A DNA stretch of 64,000 nucleotides from contig NC_087437.1 in the NCBI RefSeq assembly GCF_036321535.1, positions 13,704,001 through 13,768,000 on the forward strand. Reading direction: 5' to 3'. Made by a program: the position numbers and the translations under genes. The stretch comes from Camelus dromedarius. Its lineage: Eukaryota. The notes under the pieces were generated by a model. That model was not told where the DNA came from. It did no database searches and worked only from the letters and a program-made list of their open reading frames with translations. Position 1 is the stretch's first letter, and the number at the start of each line of letters is the position of its first letter. Positions 50,190 through 62,970 of this stretch are shown here, piece after piece.

Positions 50190-52650
50190 TGGTCCATTCA
50201 CATTGTAGTAATTATTGATAGATGTGTAATTATTGCCATTTGGAACTTTGGTTTCCAGTTGATTTGGTATTTCTACTTTGTTCCTTTCTTTTCCTTTTTG
50301 TTTTTCTTTTTCTGGTTGGATCATTTTCTTTTGTATTAACTTGGTTTCTTTTGTTTTTTGTGACTCTATTATATGCTTTTGATTTGTGATTACCCTGTTA
50401 TTCAAATATGGTAACCCCTTACTCTATCTGTTTGCTTTAGATTGGCAATCATGTAGGCTCAAACACATCCTAAAAAGAATGAAGAAAAAAAGAAAAATAA
50501 GAGAGGGAGAGAAATCTATATTTTCTTGCTCTCCTCTCTTTTAACTTTTTTATTTATTTTTTACATCTTCATGTTTATTCTCTTGCAATTCACTGTAGTT
50601 ATCGCATTTCCAGTTACAGTTTTCTCATTTCTATAGCTTCCTATTTCTTTTCTATTTAGAGTAGACCTTTCAATATTTCTTTTACTATAGGTTTAGTATT
50701 GCTAAATTCTTTTAGTTTTTGCTAGTCTGTGACATTCTTGATCTCTCCTTCTGCTCTAAAAGATAGTCTTGCCAGATACAGTATCCTAGGTTGCAGCTTT
50801 TTCTCATTCAAGACTTTGAATATATCTTGCCTCTCCCTTCTGGCCTGCAGTGCTTGTGTAGAGAAATCAACTGAAAGCCTTATGGGAGTTCCTTCGTAAC
50901 TAACTCTTTGTTTTTCTCTTGCTGCCTTTAGAATCCTTTCTTTATCTTCAACCTTGGCCATCTTAATTATAATACGTCTTGGTGTAGATCTGTTTGGGTT
51001 CTTCTTGTTTGGAACCCTCTGTGCCTCCTGTACTTGGATATGTTTCCTCCTTTAGGTTTGGAAAATTTTCGGTCATGATTTCTTCAAATATCTTTTCAAT
51101 TCCCTTTCTCTTTCTTCTCCTTCTGGGACCCCTATCATATATAGGTTGGCATGCTTTATAATATCCCATAGGTCCCTTATATTGCTTTTATTGTTTTTTA
51201 TTTGCTTTTCTATCTGCTGTCCTGGTTGGGTGACATCTGCTATCCTCTCTTCTAAGTCACTTATTCATTCCTCTGCATTATCTAGTGTGCTTTTGACTGC
51301 CTGTAATTTGGCTCTTATTGCAGCAATTGAGTTTTCTGTTTTTAATTGGCTCTTCATTATAGTTTCAATTTCCTTTTTAAAATATTCTCTGTCTCTGTTA
51401 ATAGTCTCTTTTAGTTCCTTTCTTGCATTGATCATTCCCTTTTTGAAGTCATGATCTTGCATACTATCAAGGTCTATTTTATTGATCATTCTTTCAGGGG
51501 ATTTCTCTTGTTCTTTTAATTGGGAGTGGTTCCTCTGCTTCTTCGTTTTACTTATATTTATCTGACTCTATGGATTTCTTCTAGACCCATTTCTGAGCTG
51601 TGGTGTGTAGTAGGAAGGGTTGGCGCACTTCAGCTGGGAAGAAGAGTAGGCAGGAGATGTCCACTGGGAAGTGCCCTCTGTGGTGTTGTCTGTCACTTGT
51701 TATGGGGGCTTACAAAGTGCTCTTTGTTGATGCTGCCTTTGTCCCTGCCTTAGCTGTGGGAACGTCGGCCATATGTTCTGGTGTCCCCCAGGTTCTGAGT
51801 CGCAGGAACCACCAGTGCAGATCCGCCAATGTCAGGTACTTGGACCCATCATAGCAAACGTATAGTCACACACCTGCATCTGTGATCCACCACAGGGTCA
51901 GCACAGACCCCAGCCCTGCCCCCACATATGGTACTGTAGGCTGGCCTGTTGTAAATACCCGTACTTGCCCCCGCCATGAGTCAGAACTCCACTCACTGCC
52001 TGTCCATCCCAGAGGCACAGGTCCACAAAGGGTCCAGAGAGAGTAAGTCTGTCCTCTCTGCCTTGGGCTGTAAACAAATCTCAGTTCCACCTGTGAAGTT
52101 TCAGGGCCACTGGGCATGATTTCCTCTTTCAGCCCCACCTCCGCACAGCAGTGTTGGCTATGACCAAGCCCCACCTCTCTTCTCATGAGAACCTGCCAAC
52201 AATGGAGCCAAGCAGAGAAAGCAGTTATGGCACAGCTGCACTGTGTCCCCTCACCACCAAAAGTCTTGCTTTTTTATGGGGGTCCCAGGCTGATCTATTC
52301 CACACACACCCCCAGCCAGAGCTCATGCTGCCCTCCAGTCCCCTGAGGCTGCCTCTGTGCAGTGGGCCCAGCCCTCTCCCTGGGCTCCTCACTGATCTTA
52401 GGTTAAGGGTGCCTTTCTTCCTTTGCTGCTCCCTCCCTGTAGGACTGGTCCTGCACCGAATTTTTCTTTTATCTTTTTCTTACCGGATTTTGTGAGAATC
52501 CTCCTATATTTTGAAATGAGAGACACTCTGCCAGAGTTCAGTAGGTGTTCTGTGCAATTCAGTGGGTTTGCAGGTGTAATTCTTGGTGTATTTGTGGAAG
52601 AAGGTGAGCTGTGAGTCTCTCTACTCTGCCATCTCAGCTTCTCCCTCCAA
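50190..52650 (-). mobile_element. LINE-1 5' half (5' UTR, degraded ORF1, spacer, first ~16 codons of ORF2); whole 3' part missing
   Basis: Same family as the L1 at 30105; ORF1 peptides MAKVEDKERILKAAREKQ and FEEIMTENFPNLKEET; ORF2 ATG at 50239 and homology stops near 50190. Confidence 0.93.
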
Positions 52651-53224
52651 GAGAAGTTTTATCTTTAAAGAAGCTAGAAGTAAATATTTCTAGGAGCAAA
52701 TATTCAGACATTTGTACATTTTCAAAGATATGTCAAAAAGACATGGCTGTATTAGAGTTTTTTCTGGAATGAGGCTCAGAGCAAATTTAATATTCAATCA
52801 CTGTTACTAAATTAACTAATTATTTGCACACTGTTTACATAGTTTTTGATCCTTTATTTTTATTTTGATAATCTTGTTTTTTTATTATACATTTGCCTCA
52901 ATCCTATTTGGAAGTACGTGAAATATAAACTGAGTTAAAATATTCTAGTAGCTCTGAATGAAAACTACTGCAGGTTAGAACTCCTTTACTATGTCACCCA
53001 GAAACAACAAGTTAATGCATTATATTAACATTGCTGGGAAAAACACAGCTCTCAAAGGGTCCTGACTGACTTCTAGGTAGTGAACTAAGATTGGGAAAAA
53101 AAAAAAAAAGCATAAATTTTCTGCTGATTTAACCAACTTCACATGGAGTAACATAGCTTCACTCTTTGTCTTATAAGAAAATTCCTGCATCTACCTGGAT
53201 CCTCCACTCTCCCTCACTTTGTAT

Positions 53225-54390
53225 GAGATATGGGACATGAATTTCTATCTAGTTCCCTCAGCAAGGACCAGGGCTGTGTCTCACTTCATCACCGGTCTCT
53301 ATGCCCGGGAACTGCCAGATACCTTCTTCCAAATCAAACCGAGGGGCCAGTGCTCTGCTCCCGAGGGACAGGTGTTGGTTGCTTTCCTTCCCAAACCTTC
53401 TGGCATTACCTAGGAGTCTATTTCTTTTGCACAAGGAAGGGTAACTCAGAATGCAAAACTAAGAGCCCAAAGAACAGAGTCAAGAGCCACAGAATTAATA
53501 TTCCCAGATAATAGCGCTGAGCCCTAGTAAGAAATTAGTCACATGTGCCTTTCAGTCACATGAATTTCACAATTTCAGAATTTCAGTGCCTGCTGTATGC
53601 CTTCTGTTTTCCTTCTCTTTGAATGGAAGTGTCTATTGCTGTTAACCCCATGCCTGTCCCACCATAGTGGGACGATCATCTCTTCAGTTCTCAATCTTCA
53701 GATTGAGAAGGATGGAACTTAAGGAGCTGACCTTGAGGAATCAGACCCAGGGAGCCTCATTTGCACTTAGACCTTGAAGCTGAGCCTGATTTCACAATGG
53801 GGTGAGACTTCTGTAGGGACTTGGGAAGAGGAAAAGTATTTTGCATGTGGGAGGAATGTAAACAACTGTGGCCTGAGGATATTGTGTCTTAAAACACGAT
53901 TCCAAAGTTCTTTATTACTTCTTTGATTGAAAAGTGGTGTCTATATCCCTCCCTCTTGATTCTGACCGAGGCCTAGGACTTCTAAAACCAGCAGAAGTAA
54001 TGCTGTATGCCTTCCAAGGTTAGGCTGGAAATGGCTATGCAGCCTAACCTGCTTCTCTTAGGATTCTTGCTCTTGGGTCCCAGCCACCATTCTGTGAGGG
54101 AGCCCAGGCTGCCATGTGGAAAGGCCACATCAAGGTATTCAGGCCAACAATCTGAGATAAAGTCCAACAACAAGACATGTGAGTGACCAAGTCTTTAGGT
54201 CATTCCAGCCTTAGCTGTCAAGTCTTCCCAGCTGAGGCCCCAGGGAGTGTGGGTCAGAGACAAGCCATCTCCATCATGCCCTTTCTAAATTCATGACACG
54301 CAGAATTCATGAGTATTATATAATAAATAACTTTTCTTTTACACCACTAACTTTGAGATGTTTTATTAAGTTGCCATACATAACTGGAAC
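53225..54390 (+). mobile_element. MaLR internal remnant plus 3' LTR (MLT1G/H-like, LTR about 53880-54390)
   Basis: gtattttgcatgtgggagg internal end; cccagccaccattctgtgagggagcccagg; end ...cataactggaac. Confidence 0.7.
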
Positions 54391-56351
54391 TACTTATCTG
54401 TTTTCCCTATCTCTGCTGTAACAGTTGGGGCATTCCACAGCTTCACGCCGCAGCCAGGACTGGAGCTTGCAGTGCCTTTGGGTCTTGTTCCTTTTGTATC
54501 TTGCCAACTATCCCCCACGACCATCAAAATACATGAAGCTAAGACCCAGACCCTGTCCCTCCGCATACAAGCTCTGATTTTACATGTTAAACTGCACTGC
54601 CTTATGCATGAAACACAAGATAGCACAAGCGTAATGCTGAGTAACAGGATTACGAGTAGGCAGTACATAAGGAAAGAAGGGCATAGTCTAATAGTTGACA
54701 CGTGGTAATATGGTCTGATGAGCTGAGACTAAGACTTCTGAATTTTTCATTTTATTTTTATTTGCCCTGGCACCTCTATCTGAAAAGTTACATTACATCT
54801 CTGGTTTCCTTTTTGTCTAGGACAAGGAACAATGAGCAGTGGATGGTGAGTTTCTGGCAAATCTCTGGCTTCCCTTGGCAGAACTCCAAGCCAGATACCA
54901 GTACCTGAGACTCCCCTCTAGACAAGCCAGGAGTCCCCGGGAGGGAGAGAGTGCAGCTGGTCGCAGGACTGTTGCACACATTCAAATTTCCTGCTCAGCA
55001 CCCACCACTTCTACACACTCAGTCTCAGTCTTCTTTGGGTCTGAAATCTGAAGGCTTCAAGGAAGCGAGATGTTCTCCTCCCAAAATGGAATCTGGCACG
55101 CAGCCCCTGGGCCTCATTCTGCCAGCCAATGCCATCAGTGCTCCTCTTACTGAAAAGCCACCCATCACACATGTACTCCAGTAGTCCTCAAAATAATGAC
55201 AGCAATGCCAACAAGAAGACCTCGAGTCAGGGGAGGGCAGCGGGATTAGATGAAATAACCACTAAATTCACTAGATTGTCAGCCGCTGAAGGACGTGGCA
55301 GCAACTCCTCTCCACCTGCCTGAAATCTTGGATACCGTATCCCAGGATCAGGTGACAAGGCATCTGTGGGCAGCAATGTGGCAACCCGGGCGGCAGGTGG
55401 TGAGACTAAGAAGAAAAAGTGGAAATGGACAGATGGTGGATGCTGCAGCTGAGAGCTGATTCTTCAGTTTGGCATGGCTGGCATATGGATTTTAGGTAGA
55501 ACTTGATAAAGTTCAGGTTATTTGACCATAGACCAAGCCCCGGGTCTCCATAAGGTCTTGAATTTTTATTTGCTTTGCTTTCACTAATGTTTCCTTACTT
55601 TCCAAGAACTTCAGAAGAAGGTTAGATAGTTGGGGCGGAGGGGAGGAGTGACAAATCAAGGAGAATTGATATCCTAGATCTAAAATGTGAAATCCTAAAA
55701 TATTATAAAATATTATCAGTTATGAAAGTATGTACCGCTTCCAAGAGCCCAGTTCTGTAAATAGCTTTCAGAAGTCAGGAGACTTGCAGAAATTTAATTT
55801 GGCTGACAAAATTTCATTTGCCTCTTTCATATTTCATAGTGCCACTCTCCGTGGTTTTCAGTTTGTAAAATTCTAAATTAATGGGGACATCTGCTTCTAG
55901 AAAATATAGTCAGAGCCATACTGCCACCACCAGTCTGCAATCATAAAACCAAAGGGAGAAAAAGAAAGAGTGAAAAAAAGAACAATTCAGCACAACTTCC
56001 AGGAACCAGAACCTTTCCCAACTCACCCCCTTTCAACAGCCCCATCCTGCCTCTTCCCACTCAATCTAATGTCATAATTCAACTGCCAGGTGTACGTAAC
56101 ACAAAACATAGCCCTAGTCCTATTTGTTCTGTAATCGCTCAAAAATCACCGAGGTTTGGTCAGAAGAGAAACTAAAAACAGTGCAAACTTTGTGAACACA
56201 AACTACACTCAAGGATTCTGGACACCCCCAACCATCTCAGCCACAGCATGCTTCTGACAAGGAGACTCTAATTCCTTCCTGGCAGTCTGGCACCTGGCTC
56301 CTGGCCTGACAGTCATTATTAGGTCTCGCTGACTTGGCTTTGGCTCGAAGC

Positions 56352-56550
56352 CAGAAGTGTTCATTGGAAATGTAATGCAGACTGCAAATGTGAGCTCCAT
56401 ATAAACATTTAAATTTTCTAGCAGCCACATGTAAAGAGTAAAAAGAAGCAGGTGAAATTAATTTTCACAATACATTTTAATCCAATATATTTAAAATATT
56501 ATCATTTCAGTATATAATCAATATGTGGCAACATGTGGCCAGTGTGCAGA
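56352..56550. mobile_element. MER33-like hAT-Charlie remnant
   Basis: aattttctagcagccacat...aaaagaagcaggtgaaattaatttt. Confidence 0.65.
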
Positions 56551-56638
56551 TAAGCCTGCCCTTAAATATGATCCTTCCTAAAAGAAAGTGCCTCTTCTGG
56601 GTTAGGTAACTGAAATGGGAACCCTGTTCCCTGGAAGT

Positions 56639-56830
56639 AAGCTTGCCAGGTAAATACAGGACACCTAGTTAAATTTGAATTTCAGGCAAACAATGAATAA
56701 TTTTTTTCAGTATACGTATGTCCCAAATACCACATGGGACATACTTATACTACAAAAAAATTTTCATCGTTTATCTGAAACTCAGTTTAACCAGCCTTTG
56801 TATATTTTTCTTTGATAAATCTAGGAACCT
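56639..56830 (+). mobile_element. MER53 palindromic hAT MITE
   Basis: ttgccaggtaaatacaggacacctagttaaatttgaatttcag...gtatgtccca/tgggacatac central hairpin. Confidence 0.85.
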
Positions 56831-57619
56831 GAAAGACATTATTAGAATTGAGTCCTTCTTTAGCTAAAAGAGAGTAGATAGGTGGTGAGTGAGCCACAAT
56901 TAAGGTAATGGGATGGGGGCATGTCATCAGATAGCCAGTAGAGGTAGGAAGGGCCACGGTGTATTCTACCTTAGTCCAGCATAGATAGGAATGTACATGC
57001 AATCTGCAAGAAAGAGGGCAGAAGCGAAAGCAGAAAGAGAAAACATGGTGGGCACTTGAGGCAGCAGAAGATGGTGGTGCACCAGGAAGTCAGAGGCAGT
57101 CCTTCTGGGAGAGCCATTGTGTTTAGAGTGAGAACCACCATCATTAAGGATGAGTAATGAGGGCACCTGCCAGGAATGTGCACAGGCCGAGCAGCAGGTG
57201 GTGCTGACTCCCCAGCGTCTACTTCTCTCCACCCTTTCTTCTTCTCTTTCCATGACTTTTACAAAATATCTGTATATCCCGTAAGAATATATATTTTGCA
57301 AGACCTTGATCTTAATGAGGCATCTGCATCTTTCCAACTTGCTCTGGGTTTTCTTTACTAGTAAAATTATCTTTCGTTTTAATTTTTTCTACTAAGAGCT
57401 CTGGCAGTAGGTGAGGAGAGAGAAGCATTAAGGTTTTTCAATTTATTCCTTTATGTGCTCCAAGTAAGAGAGATGAAACTTGCCCCCCAAAATTCCTAAA
57501 ATTCTTAAAAATTCTGAAACAGTAACCTGGTTAAAGCTAAGGGGCATTGGGATTACAGAACTTTGGGGGAGATGTGTCTTCAGATTGGCTAAGTGTTGGG
57601 CACTTGTAAGGTTCAGAGT

Positions 57620-57740
57620 TAAGATCCAGAGTGCCTGATACTGTAGGTTGGGGCTGGGACTCAAGAATTTGCACTTCTAACCATTTCTCAGGTGACGCTA
57701 ACACCGCTAGTCCAGGGACCACACTTTGAAAACCACTGCC
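57620..57740. mobile_element. MER5A-like remnant (a MER5B-like copy also lies at about 59325-59510)
   Basis: aatttgcacttctaaccatttctcaggtgacgctaacaccgctagtccagggaccacactttgaaaaccactg. Confidence 0.75.
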
Positions 57741-60519
57741 TTAGACAATGAGAGAGTTTCCACAGGGATTTATCAACATCTGTTGAGACTTTTTGTTTTC
57801 CTTAGTCAGAGTTTCCTCAAATTGGAAACCCAGAGAATATAAGCTACACCAGCAGTGGGCCTGCAGAGCCAGTGGCCTCTCCTGTTGCTGTTGACGGTGA
57901 AGTTGAATGACGCAAGTTTTCACATCATGAGTTAGATGGTTTACTCAGAGCTCTGGAGGTTGGAGGAGGAAGTCTCTCAAAGGTGAGCCTTTGAGATCCA
58001 AGCCAGATGCTTGTCATTCCTTGATCATATCTGCCCCTTTCACCGTTCATCATCCATTGTTCTTCATTCCAACCAGCCCTGAATTTCCCTGGTCTCGCCC
58101 TCTGCCTCAGCCTCCCGCCAATCCTACCCTGGGTCACAGGAGGGTTATCTTCCATAATAAATCCTCAAGACAATTGGCACCCAAAAAATTTACTTCTGGC
58201 TATGGGAAGACTTTCATGCTCTTTTCTTGAGCACCATGGTGAGGGGCCCACTTGGTAGCAACATCTTCCATCCCCTGGGCTAAATAGTTACACTTCTGTC
58301 CAGAAGGAGAGAGCATGTTAGTCCCAGAAAAACGAGGGAGATGAAACTCTACATAAGACCAATAACAATGAGACTCAGTGAGATTTTCAGCACTTACAAA
58401 AAGCATTTCCATCTTCTAACCTCTCCTTCCCAGCGGGCTTCTGGGGGGCCAGCCTGTTCTCTGTTTTTCTTCAGGAATGTCATCCTTTTAGCACTCTCTC
58501 CAAGACTTCCTGTCCACCTAGGTCCCCCTTGCACATCCACCCAAAAAGGAACAAACACTTTTTGTTTCATTTAAGGACTTAATAACTAAATTAAATGGAG
58601 GTAAAAATGATGTCCAAGACCAAACATAAAGAAGCCACAGAAGTTCAAAGCACCTCGCCACATTCTCCTAGCCTTTGTCCCTATTCTGTTCCCAGAAGCC
58701 CAGATACCTTCTCTGCTCTCTTTTAATCCCCAAGGTTACAGAACATCAAACCACACCAGCCATCTCATGCCCTTCCTTTGTCCAGAGGAGCCACTCTTCC
58801 ATGAAAATTCCTAGATGAAGAACCTTTAGGGCAGATCAATAATGGTGAACCACAGAGACACTGAGTTTCCTCCTCATCTCGAGTGGGAAACATTTCTCAG
58901 CCAAACTTAAAAAGTGTCTTTGGGAGCCATGAGGTGGCAGAATACTGGCTGCAACGAAGACTTTGATCTCGACTCAGTCTCTGCTTAGCATTTTGCCTAA
59001 AGCTGTGGCTAGACAAGCCTTCCCCATGTGTCCAGTTATAGGACTAAACAAATTATTGCTAATAAATGTGTTGCAAATTAAACATCTTAAAGTGCAAGCA
59101 ATATTTTCCTCTCAGCCAGTATCCTTAGTGAAGCCAGCGCATTTCTACACGTAATGACTTAATTTCTGAAATCCATTTGTCATTTGCTCTAGATTCGAAT
59201 TGCTCTCCACATTGGAAACCAAAACTAATATTCACTTTGCATATCCTTTTTCTTCTTCTGAAAGGGAAGTAATCTGCATCTTGACTTCTTCCTTCCCCTT
59301 TTCATTGTTCTAATAAACTAGTATGTATTTCTCAGACTGTGATCAATGTGATCACCCGCATCAGAAATACCAGGGATGCTAGTTAAAACTGCAAATTCTT
59401 GACCGCACGCCAAACCTACTGGGCTTGGGGAGGGACTTGCCCAGCAAATCTTTATTTCTAACAAGCTCCTCATAAGATTCTTCTGCTCACTACATTTTGA
59501 GATCCATCACAATAGGTACAGTTTATATTTGTCCTACAAGTGCTTCATAGGCAACAACGTGCCTAGAAGGAAGTTAGGGGGTTGACAAGACTATCCTACC
59601 TCTGGGCCTCCAGTTCATCTGCTGGTGGAATGATGGTGAAAAGTACAGCTTTATCCTAGATTGGATTCAACACTGGATCAAAGACAATCCCTTCGTGTTT
59701 TCCTAATATGCTTTGCCCTTTCTTGCTTTTTCCCCACTTCTGTACCTTAGCCTGCCCGTGTCCCCAATTCATTCAACACTTCTTTACTCTTTCATGTCTT
59801 GATTCAATATCCGTGTTACCATTTTCTCGCTACCAAACTTACATTTTCTATAAACCACAGATTACCAATTAATACACAGTCTGTGACGTTACCTCAGCTG
59901 ACATTCTTAATCCCATCAACCTAACTCATCTAATTTAAGCAACAGCAGAGCCTGAAGTCCTTAGGGACACATCTCGCCATTTTTCCTTAAGACCAGAAAC
60001 CATTTTGTTTATTTCTTTTTACAAAGGCCTGGGCTGAGCTGATTTGGGGAGTAAATCATTCTAGATCTTCATTTCTTCAGTTAGATGAACATACTGCCCT
60101 TTCCCTCACATGCTTCCAATACCAACATCCTCCCACCTTCAAGGTAGAGAGAGTTTACTAAACCTATACTTTGTGCTGACTCTATACTTCAAACACACTT
60201 CAATTATAACATATATCAGACTGCAATATAATATTTGTTTACTTGTATGTTTCCTCATCATCTAAAGATGATTAACTCCTCCTAGGCAGGAATAGGATTC
60301 ATTTCTTTGCTATCTCTAGTGCTTAACACAGTTCTGACACTCGGAAATATTTATTTTGAACCGAACTAATCTCAAACTTTTATAGGTAGAAACATATCTC
60401 ATGTAATGCTGCCCCATGAAATGCTGATTTGTTATACCACAGTCATTACAGAAATATTACAATAGATATAAAATATATGAGTAGTATGCAGTTGATATGT
60501 TTTTTTGTGGTCAGTTGGT

Positions 60520-60722
60520 AGAGTCTCAGAGGACCTTCTGTAATGATGGAAATGTTCTATATCTATGCTGTCCAGTACAGTAGCCACTAATTGCACAGAA
60601 CTGATGAACTCTTGAGATGTGGCTAGTGAAACTAGGAAGTGAATTTTTAATATTAGTTTATTTTTATTGATTTAAATGTAAATAACCACATGTAGCCAGT
60701 GGCTACCTTATTGGACAGCACA
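60520..60722. mobile_element. MER3-like hAT-Charlie element
   Basis: ttctgtaatgatggaaatgttctatatctatgctgtccagtacagtagccact...gtggctaccttattggacagcac. Confidence 0.8.
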
Positions 60723-60867
60723 GGTTTACTGTTTGCTATTTTAACACTTTCATACAGAAGGCAATCCCTGCTTCCTTCACTATAGAAAAAGCCCAGCAAT
60801 CTGGTGTTTTCTGGGCAGAAGTGTCCCAAGTGGACAGTGGGGGGGGGGGGGGACTAGCTGAGGTACA

Positions 60868-61040
60868 GAGAAGTATTTTATCACTGACATTGTTTAGAAT
60901 TGCTGGTGCATGGTGATAATAAAAAGCAGACCAACTTTTAGTTTATTATTATTTTTAAACTCTTTACAGGCAATGCACCCACCGATTGTCAGCACCCAGA
61001 GGGGACCACTCCCCCCTCCACCCCTGTTATGGCACCATCA
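60868..61040 (-). mobile_element. MER97-like hAT-Tip100 end fragment
   Basis: tattttatcactgacattgtttagaattgctggtgcatggtgataataaaaagcagacc. Confidence 0.6.
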
Positions 61041-61199
61041 TCCATCATTGTGTTTCTTCTTTCCTCACATCATGTTCCAGTGAACATTTCTGACACATGA
61101 TGGATAACAAAGGGTTTACAAGTGATTGTACTAAAAGTGATTCAAAAGTGGCAAAGAAGATTATTGCACTGAGTGTTAAAATACAAGTTTTACATAGGA

Positions 61200-62970
61200 A
61201 AAAAGTCACCTTGACATTGGCAATAATTTTTGGATATGATTCCAGAAGCACAGCAACGAAAGCAAAAATCAGCAAGTAAGACTGTGTCAAACTGAAGACC
61301 TTATATACAACAAAAGAAGCCATCAACAAAATGAAAAGTCAACCTATGGTACAGGAGAAAATACTTGCAAACCATATATTATATAAGGTGTTAATATCTA
61401 GAATACATTAAATATATTGAGTTAATGCAATTCAATAACAAAAAAAGCAAATAATTTTATTTTAAAATGGTGAAAAAGAAGATGAAAATGAATATATGTA
61501 TATTCATGTATGACTGAAAAATTGTGCTGTACATGAGAAATTGACACAACACTGTAAACTGACTATAACTCAATAAAGAAAATAAATAAGTTAATTTAAA
61601 AAATAAATAAATCAAATGGGCAGAGAAACTGAATAGATATTTTCCAAAGACAAAATGGCCAGAAGTACACGAAAAGATACTCAACATCGTTAACCGTCAA
61701 GAAAATGCACATCAAAGCCACAGTGAGCTACCACCTCTCATCTGTTAGAATGGCTGTAATGAAAATATGAGAGCCAGCAGGTGTCAGTGAGGATGTGGAG
61801 GAAAGGACACCCTTGTACACTGTGGGTGGTTAGTGTAAATGTATGCAGCCATTATGGAGAACAGTAAGGAGAGTCTTCAAAAATTAAAACTAGAACTGCT
61901 CTTTGATCCAGCAATCCCATTTTGGGGTATTTATCTGAAGGCAGTGAAATCACTGTCTTGTAGAGACACCTGCACTCCCATGTTCACTGCAGCATAATTC
62001 ACAGTAGCCGAGATGAATGGCTTAAGATGATGTTATGTATATGATTTTAAAATGGGCAGAGGACCTGAATAGACATTTTTCCAAAGAAGACACACAGGTG
62101 GCCAACAGGTACAGGAAAAGATGCTCAACATCAGTAATCATCAGGGAAATGCAAATCAAAACCACAATTAAAACCACATCTGTCTGAGTGGCTATTATCA
62201 AAAAGACAAGAAAGGATGTTGGAGAGGATGTGGAGAAAAGGGAGCCTTCCTGCACTGTTGGAATGTATGTTGGTACACCCACTATGGGAAACAGTATGGA
62301 GGTTTCTCAAAAGATTAAAAATAGATCCAGCACATGATCCAGCAATTCTGCTTCTGCGTATTTATCCAAAGGAAAAGAAAACACAAATTTGAAAAAATAT
62401 ATGCACCCCAATGTTCATTGCAGCATTATTTACAATAGCCAAGATATGGAAGCAACCTAAGTGTCCATTGATAGATGAATGGATAAAGAAGAATTTATAT
62501 ATATAAATATATATAATGGAATATTACTCAGCCATAAAAAAAACCTTGCCATTTGTAACATCATGGATAGACATAAAGGGTATTATGCTAAGTGAAATCA
62601 GTCAGACAAATACTGTAAGATTTAACTTATATGTAAAATCTAAAAAACAAAACAAACATATCAAAACAAAAACAGACTTAAGATACAGAGAACAAACTTG
62701 TATTTGCCAAAGGGTAAGGGGATGGGGGGGATGAGAAAATAGGAGAAGGGAATTAAGAGGTACATACTTCTAGTTATAAAATAGGTCATGGGGATATAAA
62801 GTACAGCATAGAGAATATAGTCGATAATATTGTAATAATTTTGTATGATGACAAATGGTATGCCATCATGTATGAAAACATCAAATCACTATGCTGTACA
62901 CCTGAAAGTAATAAAATACTATAAGTCAATTATACTTTTAAAAAACTAAAGTAAAAAAATTTTTAATAAA
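61200..62970 (+). mobile_element. Nested or tandem L1 fragments: older L1 (61200-62015) containing a younger L1 3' end (about 61470-61600), then a second L1 3' portion (about 62045-62970)
   Basis: The L1 segment aaatgggcagag...atgttca occurs twice; ORF 62516-62734 (MEYYSAIKK...) is the ORF2 C-terminus. Confidence 0.8.

Noticed and set aside
54510..54570. Minus-strand DRVWVLASCIL resembling kinase subdomain IX
   Set aside because: There is no flanking similarity to NEK10 and no splice sites.
58295..58345. Minus-strand peptide LPRFSGTNMLSPSGQK resembling NEK10 PPFYSTNMLSLATK
   Set aside because: The upstream DVWAVGCILY motif is absent and similarity is limited to about 5 residues; probably chance.
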